A stretch of DNA of 64,000 bases. Source: Nemertoderma westbladi (Eukaryota > Animalia > Xenacoelomorpha). The notes below the pieces were generated by a model. The model did not search any database. It was given only the letters and a program-made list of their open reading frames with translations, and was not told the origin of the DNA. Location: positions 1 to 64,000 of the forward strand of contig JAUCBJ010005427.1 of the NCBI GenBank assembly GCA_032718475.1, written 5' to 3'. A program made the translations under genes and the position numbers. Shown in pieces: positions 25,618 through 37,670 of the stretch. Each line of letters begins with the position of its first letter. Within the stretch, counting starts at the first letter, position 1.

Positions 25618-26684
25618 CAAGGATGTTTTACGTTACGTTACGTTACGGTATTAGGTTACGTTACGGTTGAAAAACTTAACTTTTTACGTTACGATATTAC
25701 ATTACGGAATAATTTACAAATTACGTTACGTTACTGTATTCCGAAAAAAATAATTGCGTATTACCGAAAATACCGTAATGTAATAACCGGTTCAGATTCC
25801 ATAGGACCACAAAGAGGTATTTAAACTTTCATCACATTTTTGTCTGAAAATCGGAAAACTATAATTTCAATGTTTTGAAATTGGAAATTAACTTAACCAG
25901 AAAATTAACTTTAAATTGCCCGATTTATTGATAATTATTCTGTATTCCTGTGAAGCACCAAGACCCGCGTTACCGGTACTGACGGTATTCCAGTTACTCC
26001 CTTAACTCCGGTATAAAACCTTATTATTATTTTCCATATAATAAACTATGAATCTATTAATTTTGAAATTAACTCAGAAACTTTGTGAGTTGAAAATCAG
26101 GACGAGATTTATTGTGTTCTAGAACTCTCTATTTAGTCGCCTTCAGATTGGTCAAATTTTAAGTGTTGCTGGAACTCTAAACAGATTAATTTATCGAGTC
26201 CTCAAAACTATTATTTAGGTCATGTATCATATCATATAGGTTATGTAGTTTATGTTGTTTTTGTGATATTGTAGGCCTACTTGTTAAGTAGCCTATACTG
26301 AAGAAATGCGCGTAGAATTAAATTTTGGCAATATTGGTAGGGGGACTTCATCATAAATAACTGGAGAAGCCAGGAAGCTGGCTATAAGGATACCGTGTAC
26401 AGACAAACAAAACGTAGTAAAAAAATGATGCTTTATATTGAATTAGCTAGAAGGTGCAAGTGAAAGTGACAGTTTTTGTCGAAAGATTTACTTTTTTGTC
26501 CAAAATGATTGCTTGGTAGATAAAACAAATATTACGCTATTACGTTACGGTTTACGGAAAAAATATACAGTAAAATTACGTTACGGTATTTAAAAAGCTA
26601 TTACGTTACGGTTTACGTTACGGAAAAATATTGATCCACCGTATTCCTGAAAAGCTACCGTAACGTAACGTAATAACATCCTTG
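25618..26684. mobile_element. Non-autonomous hAT-family element (MITE), 1067 bp
   Basis: TIRs CAAGGATGTT...AACATCCTTG. Perfect 8-bp TSD GTGTCATA (25610-25617, 26685-26692). Many subterminal TTACG/CGTAA repeats at both ends. Confidence 0.92.
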
Positions 26685-27448
26685 GTGTCATAGAAATGGA
26701 AATAAGTGTGCCTACAACCCTAATGTAATTGTTGTTGTATATCCAGGTTAGTTATAGAAGTTGTAAAATTTACTGGTAATTGGTTTGCTATTTAATTATG
26801 TTTATAATTATTTTTAAATTGTGTATATATATTATTTGTTGTTGTACTGGGAGCCAATCCAAATACTAAGGACTACTTTTATACATAAACATAGAGAAAA
26901 TGAATGCAGTAAACCTTCTATAATGCCAGTACTAACGTAGCTCAGTGTTTTTACAGGTAGACCAATTTAATAAATACGGTTTGGTTAGCTGTTTGTATTA
27001 CAAATTTATTGTTATCCAATTATTGGTGGAATGGTTTTTATATTTCAAGTATGTACTTAACTAATTAAATCTCGTGTGCCTAAAATTACACTTTTTCTGA
27101 TATGTCGGGGATGTTAATACTGCAGTTATGGAAATTCTCTAATAAAGATTGATGGTAAAGGTACAGTGAGTTCTATGGACTGCCTCTAGGAGGCGTAATG
27201 AGATTGCTAAAACAGGGTACTTGTGGTATATATACCATATGCGAGCTTTGTGTCCTTAATAAATACCATGTTCTAGAAGTTCTTGGTTGAATTCATTATA
27301 AAACAAATACACAGAATACGACCCCTTAATCACTACTGCCATCTTCATTCTTATTTTCAAATTCATCAATCCAAATGCCTACCCATACTCTCCCGTTTCC
27401 AACGACTACAACCCTCTCCGGCCCCTGTCCCCTTGGAACGGCAGATGT

Positions 27449-28369
27449 TTTGTTGCTGTTTATTCATCCATCGTCCCCTTCAGTAACTAGCGGCTGATGG
27501 TTTGTTGCTGTTTATTCATCCATCGTCCCATTCAGTAACTAGCGGCTGATGGTTTGTTGCTGTTTATTCATCCATCGTCCCATTCAGTAACTAGCGGCTG
27601 ATGGTTTGTTGCTGTTTATTCATCCATCGTCCCATTCAGTAACTAGCGGCTGATGGTTTGTTGCTGTTTATTCATCCATCGTCCCCTTCAGTAACTAGCG
27701 GCTGATGGTTTGTTGCTGTTTATTCATCCATCGTCCCCTTCAGTAACTAGCGGCTGATGGTTTGTTGCTGTTTATTCATCCATCGTCCCATTCAGTAACT
27801 AGCGGCTGATGGTTTGTTGCTGTTTATTCATCCATCGTCCCATTCAGTAACTAGCGGCTGATGGTTTGTTGCTGTTTATTCATCCATCGTCCCATTCAGT
27901 AACTAGCGGCTGATGGTTTGTTGCTGTTTATTCATCCATCGTCCCATTCAGTAACAGCGGCTGATGGTTTGTTGCTGTTTATTCATCCATCGTCCCATTC
28001 AGTAACTAGCGGCTGATGGTTTGTTGCTGTTTATTCATCCATCGTCCCATTCAGTAACTAGCGGCTGATGGTTTGTTGCTGTTTATTCATCCATCGTCCC
28101 ATTCAGTAACTAGCGGCTGATGGTTTGTTGCTGTTTATTCATCCATCGTCCCATTCAGTAACTAGCGGCTGATGGTTTGTTGCTGTTTATTCATCCATCG
28201 TCCCATTCAGTAACTAGCGGCTGATGGTTTGTTGCTGTTTATTCATCCATCGTCCCATTCAGTAACTAGCGGCTGATGGTTTGTTGCTGTTTATTCATCC
28301 ATCGTCCCCTTCAGTAACTAGCGGCTGATGGTTTGTTGCTGTTTATTCATCCATCGTCCCATTCTGTAA
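27449..28369. repeat. 52-bp minisatellite, ~18 copies
   Basis: Unit TTTGTTGCTGTTTATTCATCCATCGTCCCATTCAGTAACTAGCGGCTGATGG; near-identical copies. Confidence 0.97.
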
Positions 28370-28593
28370 TTAACAACTATGCTGTAAAATGGATGTCAAA
28401 CATAATTAATTCAAAAAAATATTTTGTGAAAATATTCTTGAGCAAAACATATTTGTCCTCGAAAAAATAGTTGAAATAAAATAAATGTTCGATAACACTT
28501 TCAAAAAAAAGTACAAAACTAGCTAGTATAAAACATTAGGGAGGTTTGCAAACAACATAATTGAGTTTCGACTAAATTCTCGCCCCGGATTTT

Positions 28594-29532
28594 TTAGTTC
28601 ATCTTTAGTTTCATTTTCGTCTTTATGGGGTCGATCTGCTCTCCTTCGGTCTCTGCCGCGTACCATATTGGGTGATCTACTTTATTAACTCTTTCACTAT
28701 TACCATTGAGATTGGATTGAACATTGAGATTATTCCACCACCCACCTCCAATTACTTTGGCGAGGTTCATCTGCTCATGTTTGTCATTATCATTATCTCT
28801 AGTTGAGAACATCATCTTGTTGGTAGTAACTGATACTTTGTTACTTGTTTTTATTTTTATCATAGCATTTCCAGCTGTTGAAGTTGTGTTGTAACCGCTG
28901 ATATGTAAAATGTAATTAGTTTCTTTTGATCCAACAGAGAATACATCATATATGGCGAAGGTCTGTTTGTTTCTGTACCACAAATCAACGCGTAGAGTGG
29001 ATTTCTGCTGTTTATTAATAACCGACAAATGGTGAATCTTTTCTAGACCGACCCAGAAGCTCTTGGTAATATCGCCAAACCCGACTTCGTATTCCTTCCA
29101 ATTTCGGTTGAAATTAAATCTCATGTCTTCGCGTCTTTGGATAACGACCCAAGGAACTCCATCTTCCATCTCGCAACTTATTGTTTTTAACTCGGGAAGT
29201 CCGAAACATTCGCTGGTAGGGTTATCTTCCAAGGGAGCCGCGCACGGAAAAATAGCGCGACACTTCCTCATTAGCCGTTCTTCCTCATTCCATCTGGCTT
29301 TGTCCGTCAACCAAACACCGACACCGACTACAATCCCGACCGCCACAACCACAATACTAATTACCAGTCCGTAAAATAATCGTTTATTTTTCAGTCTATC
29401 ATTTTGAATTCTCCTTAATTGCGCTTTGCGTTTGAATTTCCTCAACTTGTCTGGCTCCTCTTGCGCTGTATCGTATGATTGATCCTCTGCAGTTTCAAAG
29501 GATTCCTCTTCGGATGCGATAGAAGATGGCAT
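28594..29532 (-). CDS. Type II transmembrane fibrinogen-related domain (FReD) protein, 312 aa, single coding exon
   Basis: Acidic/basic cytoplasmic N-terminus, one TM helix (LFYGLVISIVVVAVGIVVGVGVWL), then FReD motifs CEM..WVVIQRR, FNRNWKEYEVGFG, FWVGLEKIH, LRVDL, FSTRDNDND, GGWW, SNLNG. Confidence 0.92.
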   Translation of the reverse strand: MPSSIASEEESFETAEDQSYDTAQEEPDKLRKFKRKAQLRRIQNDRLKNKRLFYGLVISIVVVAVGIVVGVGVWLTDKARWNEEERLMRKCRAIFPCAAPLEDNPTSECFGLPELKTISCEMEDGVPWVVIQRREDMRFNFNRNWKEYEVGFGDITKSFWVGLEKIHHLSVINKQQKSTLRVDLWYRNKQTFAIYDVFSVGSKETNYILHISGYNTTSTAGNAMIKIKTSNKVSVTTNKMMFSTRDNDNDKHEQMNLAKVIGGGWWNNLNVQSNLNGNSERVNKVDHPIWYAAETEGEQIDPIKTKMKLKMN

Positions 29533-31470
29533 ATCGGAGAAACGTTAATAAACTGATTGTAATTTTTATATAATTTTACAGGCGACTCTTACACTGTATA
29601 CGGCGATATAAACTCTAGGTTAATTTGCATGTATTATTTATCTTTACGTTATTAGCTAGTGTAATAATATAATAATTCTAGAACATCGTTTTTTGTACTT
29701 CACAACCTACACAATGCCACGGAATAATGTGTGGTAATTCAATGACATGCCCCCCCCCCCCCCCCCCCACTCCAAATTTTTTATACTAGTCTAAGGTCAC
29801 TCGAACATCTTCAGTTTCAGTAGGTTAAGGGTCTAGCAATGGATTACTCTGATTGGCTAATAACGAAACTCTTTAATACTAGATTCATCTGAAACGAAAT
29901 CTCACAATTCTCGCGGAGATAATCCCACAATATATTCTGTACACTTCAGGAGGGTCGAAATGATTGACTTCCAGTTACCGAGATAATCGCAATTAATGTG
30001 TAACACGCCAGTGTAAATATTACTAATTTCCCATTGAATCACAGCTTATTGTGAAATTAATTAAATTATTCTGGAACATCACCAATTTGCTACTTACTCT
30101 TCCCTTCTGTTCATTTTGTTTGGATTGTGTTACACAAATTTACACAGATGAATAAATATATGATCCGCAAAATAAAATTTTATAGACTTTTTTTAAATAA
30201 AAAATATAATATAAAATAAAAATAAAAAAATATAAAATATAAAATACAAAATGTGGTTCGGATTGATTGCGAATTACTTTTATGGTTTTTTTGCCAGATT
30301 GACTCGAGTATTAGGCACTCAATGCGGAAAACAACTCAAAGAGGGTAGCAATATAAACCATAACAAAAAGATTTAAAGAGCAGCACCAATATTATGTGGC
30401 AAGAAGATTACCGCGATAATATAATGTCACTCTTATCTGAGAGATCACAGCTAATAATACAGTATAACCTAAATACGATACATTTGACACAAAATCTAAA
30501 ATCTTACCGTTCAAGTACACATTTACTGCACGCTTAAGTTTATATGGCGAAAAATAAACACAATGAGATTTAAATATAATATCAAATTCAACTCCATATT
30601 ATTCTTCACAGATTTTTAACAACACTCTGAGACCAGTTACACTTGGAGAAATTAGAGATACCAGTAGATCATCCCTATAATGATTTATACTTTTACCTGA
30701 AACCCGGCAACCAACTGCACAACTAGGCCTATTTAATCTTTGGCTTAGACCGTTGAGATAAATAAATATTAAATAATAATTAAGTCATAATATAGAAGTG
30801 CAAGATTGCGGGTTTTACAACGAGGAAGGAAATCAATTACGTCCTGTTTTTTTTTCACAATAATAATTATTTTGCACTGAATGCCCAAGCTACTTTACTT
30901 TACTTTACTGTTAAATTTATTTTTACCATCTAATTTAGGTTATTATTGGAGAAACAGGATGATATCTGATCTCTGATATCCGTTAATGATATCTAGAGTA
31001 CATTCCGAAGACGAAATATAAAGCCACAGGTGAATAAATATTGCTAATATTTATGTAACGTCCAACACGTAACGTCCGACACCATTCCGCACAACTTTGA
31101 ATTGCAAATATCGGCTTCAAAGGATCTGCAGTGCAATTGCGAACACCTTTTCGAAAAATAGAATCATAGTTGAGCGACAATTTGAGCCCAAAAATAATCA
31201 CATACCAGTCTTCGGCATTAATTGCAATGAAAAGTAAAATATGTACAATAAAAAGTGTCCTATTTTTGTAACGTCCGACACCTTTTTAAAAGTCAACTGT
31301 GCAAGAAGAATAACGTTTCCCAATGCAGAGTATTTGCGATATTCTAAGTTCTATATTTTAAGTGTAATCACCGCCCAGGAAAAACATTTCATTCATTTTG
31401 ATTAGATGTGTTAATTTTCAGTCTGCACACACCCACCCCCCCCCCCCCCCCCCACCCTCCTTTCTGGCTC

Positions 31471-32151
31471 CAGAAGGATGATCATAATGATCATGGGGTG
31501 ATGATAACTCCACCTACTGGCTCCAGAAGTCGAGGAAATCCTGCCAAGTACCTAACTGATCTAGACTTTGCTGATGACTTAGGAGTACTCTCAGAATCAC
31601 TAGAGGGAGCCCAACGGCTCCTTAGCTCATTAGAACATGCTGCTTCTAGTGTTGGACTTTTTATTAACTTCAGAAAGACCAAAATTTTGACAGTTAACTT
31701 TGAAAGTTCTCAGCAAGTCTCTGGAAGTCACCGAGAATTAATCGGAAACTTAAGGTCCGATTATTTAGAGCAGCAGTAGTTCCAGTACTCCTCTATGGGA
31801 GTCCATGCTGGGCTCTAACTGCTGAGGACACCAAATCTCTGGATGGCACATTCACAAGAATGCTACGCCGGGTTCATTGTGTCAAGTACAATGCACACAT
31901 CTCCAACCAGACACTATATAACATTGAAGGTGTCTCATTGTTCCCCCAAGCTTGACACTAGAACAAAATCGTCTCCGCTTTGCAGGACATTGCTTTCGCC
32001 GTGAAGCATCTTAAAGGACACTGGCCTTGAAAATGATCTAGCAAATGTCATGGGTGATAGGGAGTTGTGGTGGCGCAATTTTGTTGACAAGCCGGCACAG
32101 CATTCTTAAAAATGCAGCTGCAATGCAGCATGCCGATCCTAGTAGTAGTAG
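31471..32151 (+). mobile_element. 5'-truncated, decayed RTE-like LINE
   Basis: RT motif LTDLDFADDLG...VGLFINFRKTK, followed by LLYGS..W and RLRFAGHCFRR-like pieces. (TAG)n tail at 32140-32151. Candidate 8-bp TSD TCTGGCTC (31463-31470, 32152-32159). Confidence 0.82.
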
Positions 32152-32443
32152 TCTGGCTCTGGCCCCTCCCCTTATGAAATTCTGGCTACGCCACTGAGTA
32201 GGCCTAGAGCTGTCCTTGTTAAACTAAATGCTATATTGGTAAGGTATAACTTTTCGCCGTATCCGTATCCGTATGCACGCACATACGCGTATGTAATGGA
32301 TTCATTCCTATTGTTAAAGAAATCTCAAAGGGGATTCTTCCTTTTGATAAGTTCGTATTTTCGAATGAAACAAAGTGGTTAATCAAACTATAACATACCA
32401 CGCTAATTGCCCTAAGCACAAGCCGAAACAGAAACAACCTAAC

Positions 32444-33090
32444 CATTTGCTTCCTACGACGTACCTGGTACGTCACCCAATAGGGTGCTGTGACGTACCT
32501 GGTACGTCATGATTTTAACAGTGATATATCTGATCGAATAGGTTGTAGCACACATCTAGGCTTGTTTGTATGCCTTTCAGCACACATAATGGATGTAAGC
32601 AATATAATTTAGGCGGGAATTTCAAAATACTTATGGCCTATAATAAGCCTAGCTAAGGATATCATATAGGTTCACAATACATATATCTGTATAATTATTA
32701 CCTTACTACTGTAATAATGGAACGTACTTATCCAAAACGAGACCAAAGGCAACTAAAGCGATTCGGGTTTGACAAAGATAGCGATGATGAAGAAGAAGGC
32801 TCAGATGACAGTGATTCCGTGGTTGAGTCTATAGATGAGTCCCTTTATGGTATTGCCAGTGACGACGGTTCAGATTCAGACATTGCGGCTCCGGAAACTG
32901 CCACTGCCAGTTGGGCTGAAGTCGATGAAGTCAACGATAGTGTAAACCTTACGAACGAGGCCGTTTGGTACTTTTGGTTGGCAAGGAATAACAACTACTA
33001 ACTTCTGCGTTTACATGACTATATTGATCTGTACCTTCCGGATAGTTTACTGTGGATTGTGAATCATGCCCAGATAAACCTGGGCTTTGT
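32444..33090 (+). mobile_element. piggyBac-like transposon 5' remnant with truncated transposase N-terminus
   Basis: Two palindromes GACGTACCTGGTACGTC (32458-32474, 32492-32508) follow a CTAA|CCATTT terminus-like sequence. Acidic ORF 32717-33001 is followed in another frame by DYIDLYLPDSLLWIVN, resembling the PGBD 'DYFxLFxxDxLLxxIV' motif. Confidence 0.55.
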
Positions 33091-33164
33091 TTGGGAAAAT
33101 GTTTTCAAATCCATCACTCACAATAGGCAGGTCAAACGTACTAATACCGTATTTTATGTGATAT

Positions 33165-34282
33165 TTTATATTATTATAACAATTATTTCATCTAGATGTT
33201 ATGCTTTCTTATGTTTTAACAGACAGACAGACTGACATAGGAACAGACAAAGACTGACAGTCATAGTAGATTAGGAGAAATAAGAAATCTGACATCGGGA
33301 ATTAAATCAGAGACCAGGAAAACCCCCATAACAAATATTTTAGCTAGATGGCATTATTTTTTTTATTTTGACAGACAGACTCACAAACAGACAGACAACA
33401 GACAGACAGTCATACTAGATTAAGCCAAATATTAAATCTGACACCAGAAATGAAATAACAGTCCAGGAAAACCCCCATAACCAATATTTTAGCCAGATGA
33501 AATTATTTCTTTTATTTTGACGGACAGACTGACAAACAAACAAACAGACAGCAGACAGACATTCATACTAGATTAAGCCAAATATTAAATCTGACATCAG
33601 AAAAAGAAATCACAGTCCGGGAAAACCCCCATAACCAATATTTTAGCCAGATGACATTATTTCTTTTATTTTGACGGACAGACTGACAAACAAACAGACA
33701 GCAGACAGACATTCATACTAGATTAAGCCAAATATTAAATCTGACATCAGAAATGAAATCACAGTCCGGGAAAACCCCCATAACCAATATTTTAGCCAGA
33801 TGACATTATTTCTTTTATTTTGACGGACAGACTGACAAACAGACAGACAACAGACATACAGTTATACCAGATTAAGCCAAATATTAAATCTGACATCAGA
33901 ATTGAAATCACAGACCTGGAAAACCCCCATAACAACTATTTTAGCTAGTTGGCATTATTTCTTTCATTTTGACAGACAGACTGACAAACAAACAGACAAC
34001 AGACAGACATTCATACTAGATTAAGCCAAATAGTAAATCTGACATCAGAAATCAAATCACAGTCCAGGAAAACCCCCATAACCAATATTTTAGCCAGATG
34101 ACATTATTGCTTTTATTTTGACGGACAGACTGACAAACAGACAGACCACAGACATACAGTCATACTAGATTAAGCCAAATATTAAATCTGACATCAAAAA
34201 AATGAAATCACAGACCTGGAAAACCCCCATAACAAATATTTTAGCTAGGTGGCATTATTTCTTACATTTTGACAGACAGACA
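33165..34282. repeat. ~150-bp tandem array (~7.5 copies) with GACA microsatellite, possibly Helentron/HINE-associated
   Basis: AAAACCCCCATAAC recurs at about 33319, 33469, 33622, 33772, 33920, 34069 and 34219. Each unit carries (GACA)n. The HINE assignment is inference from architecture. Confidence 0.85.
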
Positions 34283-37200
34283 AAATGTCTGTCTTTCTTT
34301 TCATATTTGTTAGCTCCTGGGCATGCCAAATATATATCAGTTCAGGAAGCAAGGAAGTTCAGGAAGTTCACATCATTGTTTTCCCCGTTAATACGAGTGT
34401 CGGTGACTTAACACTCCAATTGTTCACCTTTCAAAGAGAAATAACGCAGTTCGTCAGGCGGACAAATGTTGAATGTGAGAATATTTAATATTGCGAATAA
34501 GGGGGAAATTATTTACCTAACCCTGGTGCCCTTAGCGCTGACTGTAATCAGCTATATTACAGCTTCGCTACGCCTGCGACTACTGTAGACTTGCAAACCC
34601 GCTATTTTTTGGATAACTGCCTAGCGTAAATTAGTCCAAATATATTTCCTAGGCGTAAACAACTAAACTATTATCCGCTAAAAAAAAGTAAAAACTTTTT
34701 TTATGTTTTTTCTGTTTGTTTTTGTATTTTTTTTATTTTTTATGCAGCGTACGAAATCCTTATTTTATTCTAAATACTATCATAAACTACATTTACTCAA
34801 ATGTACGGGGTTGCGAACTAATTATTAGGTATTCCAGAATTTGTAACGCCAATTAGTTACGTTACTGGGCTACACTAAAGACAGCCTATATACCGTATTA
34901 TTTGACCTAACAGCAATTAACAAGCATAAATAGAAAACAGAAAACAATCAAGTATCAGGCACTTTCTAAAACAATACAACATAAAATAGCGTTAGCGTTA
35001 GCTAGCCACATTACAGCAGTAGCGTTAGCGGTAGCGTAAATGGCTAAGGTCACCCCAGATCAATGTGATATTTCTACCTAACTAGCAAATCTGAGAGACA
35101 AGATCTAGGTCGCCTCGCCCCTTACAGCCTTAATGGCGACCGGCCCTCGGTCTTCAACTTAATTCAGCCAACCGCAGCCACCAGCCCCGCCGGTAGTGCC
35201 GTGCATTGGATCCTCCAACTTCTCCCGTCGCTTCCAAACAGTGAGCCCGCGGCGCCTACCCCTAGCCCAACATGCTAAAGCGGGAAGTTACCGTAACGGC
35301 GCAAACATAGTAAAAATAGTCAGACACCCAGGATACAACTTGGGAAAAGACGTATGTGCACTTAGTGCAAAATGCACTTAAATAGTGAACATTTTTTCTA
35401 TATTTCAAACACTATTATTTCCAGTTCTATTTATCGTAAAATGTTATTTTTTGGGTTAAAATGTAGTTTGGAATGATTTCTAACTATAATCGTAACATTT
35501 GTTTAACTTTTTATGTCAATAAAGTGACTTAAAATGTCTTTGAATATTGTCAAAAATCGCAAATGTCGAGATTTATTAAATTTGATTTTTGACACTTTTA
35601 ACGACTGACACTTGATCATACACCATCGTAGATCGGTAGAGGATAAACATAAGTTTGTTAAATAAGAACCACCATTACGATCTGCTAAAGTGCACTTGTA
35701 CAAATAAGTGTGCAAAGGTGCAAATTTTTTAATAAGGTCAAATTATATAGTATTGAGTTATTTTCTTTGCAGATACTTTATTTTCATATTAATATGTTGT
35801 TTGGCTCATACTGAGCGCATTATGGATATGTGTACAAATAACCGGCCCTTATAAGGCTTCGATTGGGTAAATTAATAAAACATAAGGTTGTAATATTCTA
35901 AAAAACCAGTGTGATATTAAATGCACTTTAAACAATAAATAGAGGTCAAATGACAAATGGACCACACAATTAAAAACTCGCACAATTTTGTACTTCTTAT
36001 ATCGCTTCAAATTAATTCAACAGTTCTTAGCTACAAGAGTTTGAAAAAAAAATGTCCCAATATAAAAATATCCAATATTCAACAGTGGATATTTGGGGGA
36101 AGTTACAGTGTGCGTGCATTCGGGGGAAGTTTGGTGAACTGCATTTATGCAGTGAATCCAAACTTCCCCCTTTGATATATCATATACTTAAGACATGCTA
36201 GGGTGACGGGGAAATATTTGTTACTGTCACACTTTGCTTCCATTTATCCTATCCTTTATTATTACCCCAGTCAGATAAGAGATAATAATCAGTAAAAACC
36301 AAACTAAACTGTCTTTCGTGCAAACAAATTTCTAACTAAAGACGGGTGAATGACCATGACCATGGAAATAATTTTAAATATAATTGTATATCAACTATTT
36401 GGGGAGGCTTCCAAGTTAAACCCGAAAACAATTATTTCGTTACATAGTAAATAACGTTGTATGTTATTCTTCCTCTCATAATAAAATATAAATGAAATAT
36501 CTCTTGATCACTGTGCCCTGTAACATTTCACAACCCAAATGTTTCAGTGTGAAAAGTGTAGGCCTACCACACCCCGCCCAAACAGCCGCAAACACATAGC
36601 CAACAAATTTAACAAAGGGTTACATACATGTTGGGTTCATGACGAGATGAGTGAAAATTGATCGCGTAATATAAAGTAAAAAATTTGAGAGTCGGGCTGG
36701 CTCTTCTCCACTTTCTTACCCAATGGAAATGTTGTTGTTATAATCTAATATTGGGGCGGCTTTCTCTCGTTTTATTGTACTAACTGACACCTGGCCGTCC
36801 GGTTGGACTTAGATTAATTACTGGCACCCGGTTGCACTCGCTGACACGTGATTTGACTAACTGGAACTAGTTGGATATGCGGTTCTTATGTAAACCTAAA
36901 AACAACACAACGTGGGAGGATCCTTCGTGAGGATTCTCCCCCACCGGGCGTAGAACATGATAGTAGAACAAAATTGACATATTCCAAAATTTTGAAGAGT
37001 TGCACGAACCTGGTCAATTTTGTGGTCAAATCTGGCCTACGTAGCCACAATTTGGCAATTCCCGGCTCTTAAACTCTTATAGTTTAAAATCATACCGATT
37101 ATAAATATATTGAGTATAGCAATTGTAAACGCATTAATTACCGTACGTAACAATGAAAATTTCATCGAATACGGTCGTGTTGCACCAGAGTTACAGCGAT

Positions 37201-37670
37201 TTTTATAATTGCACATCATATTAAAAATTTCATTATTGTTGTATTATTTGACCATTTTGAAATTCCCTCCATCAATCCATTTGAATATCATAACATGATG
37301 GCCTACATCAAACACAACCAAAGCCAACCAATGGTACAGCTCTAACCAATAACAGATAAATTGTATCCTAGCGACGGCAACACTTTTTGTAGTGTGAGGC
37401 AGGGACAAGGCGCCTTGGGCAAGAATAATGAACTCACAGCTGGCTGTATAGCAGTTACCGGTAGTGTTGGATTTTATATACCGGTCTGCCCCTCCACTGG
37501 AACGCCTGCTGCAGTACTGCAGTAGCGTACCACCACCCGTACTTTCACAGGCCTTACTACAGTAGGCCTACCAGCCTACCTCAGTACCTGCCTACTATCA
37601 GCTATACATTTCACTTGTATTCTAGCAGTCTAGGCTTGTCTGCATGTTAGCAGGTTTGGTACGGCTGTAT

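Noticed and set aside
27449-28369. Hammerhead ribozyme / retrozyme repeat (CTGATGG within a stem)
   Set aside because: It lacks CUGAnGA and the GAAA core on either strand.
36122-36170. Hairpin GGGGGAAGTTTGG...CCAAACTTCCCCC as a terminator or pre-miRNA
   Set aside because: The stem is short, and intrinsic terminators do not apply in this eukaryotic context. It is more likely a remnant of a small inverted-repeat element, with no supporting evidence.
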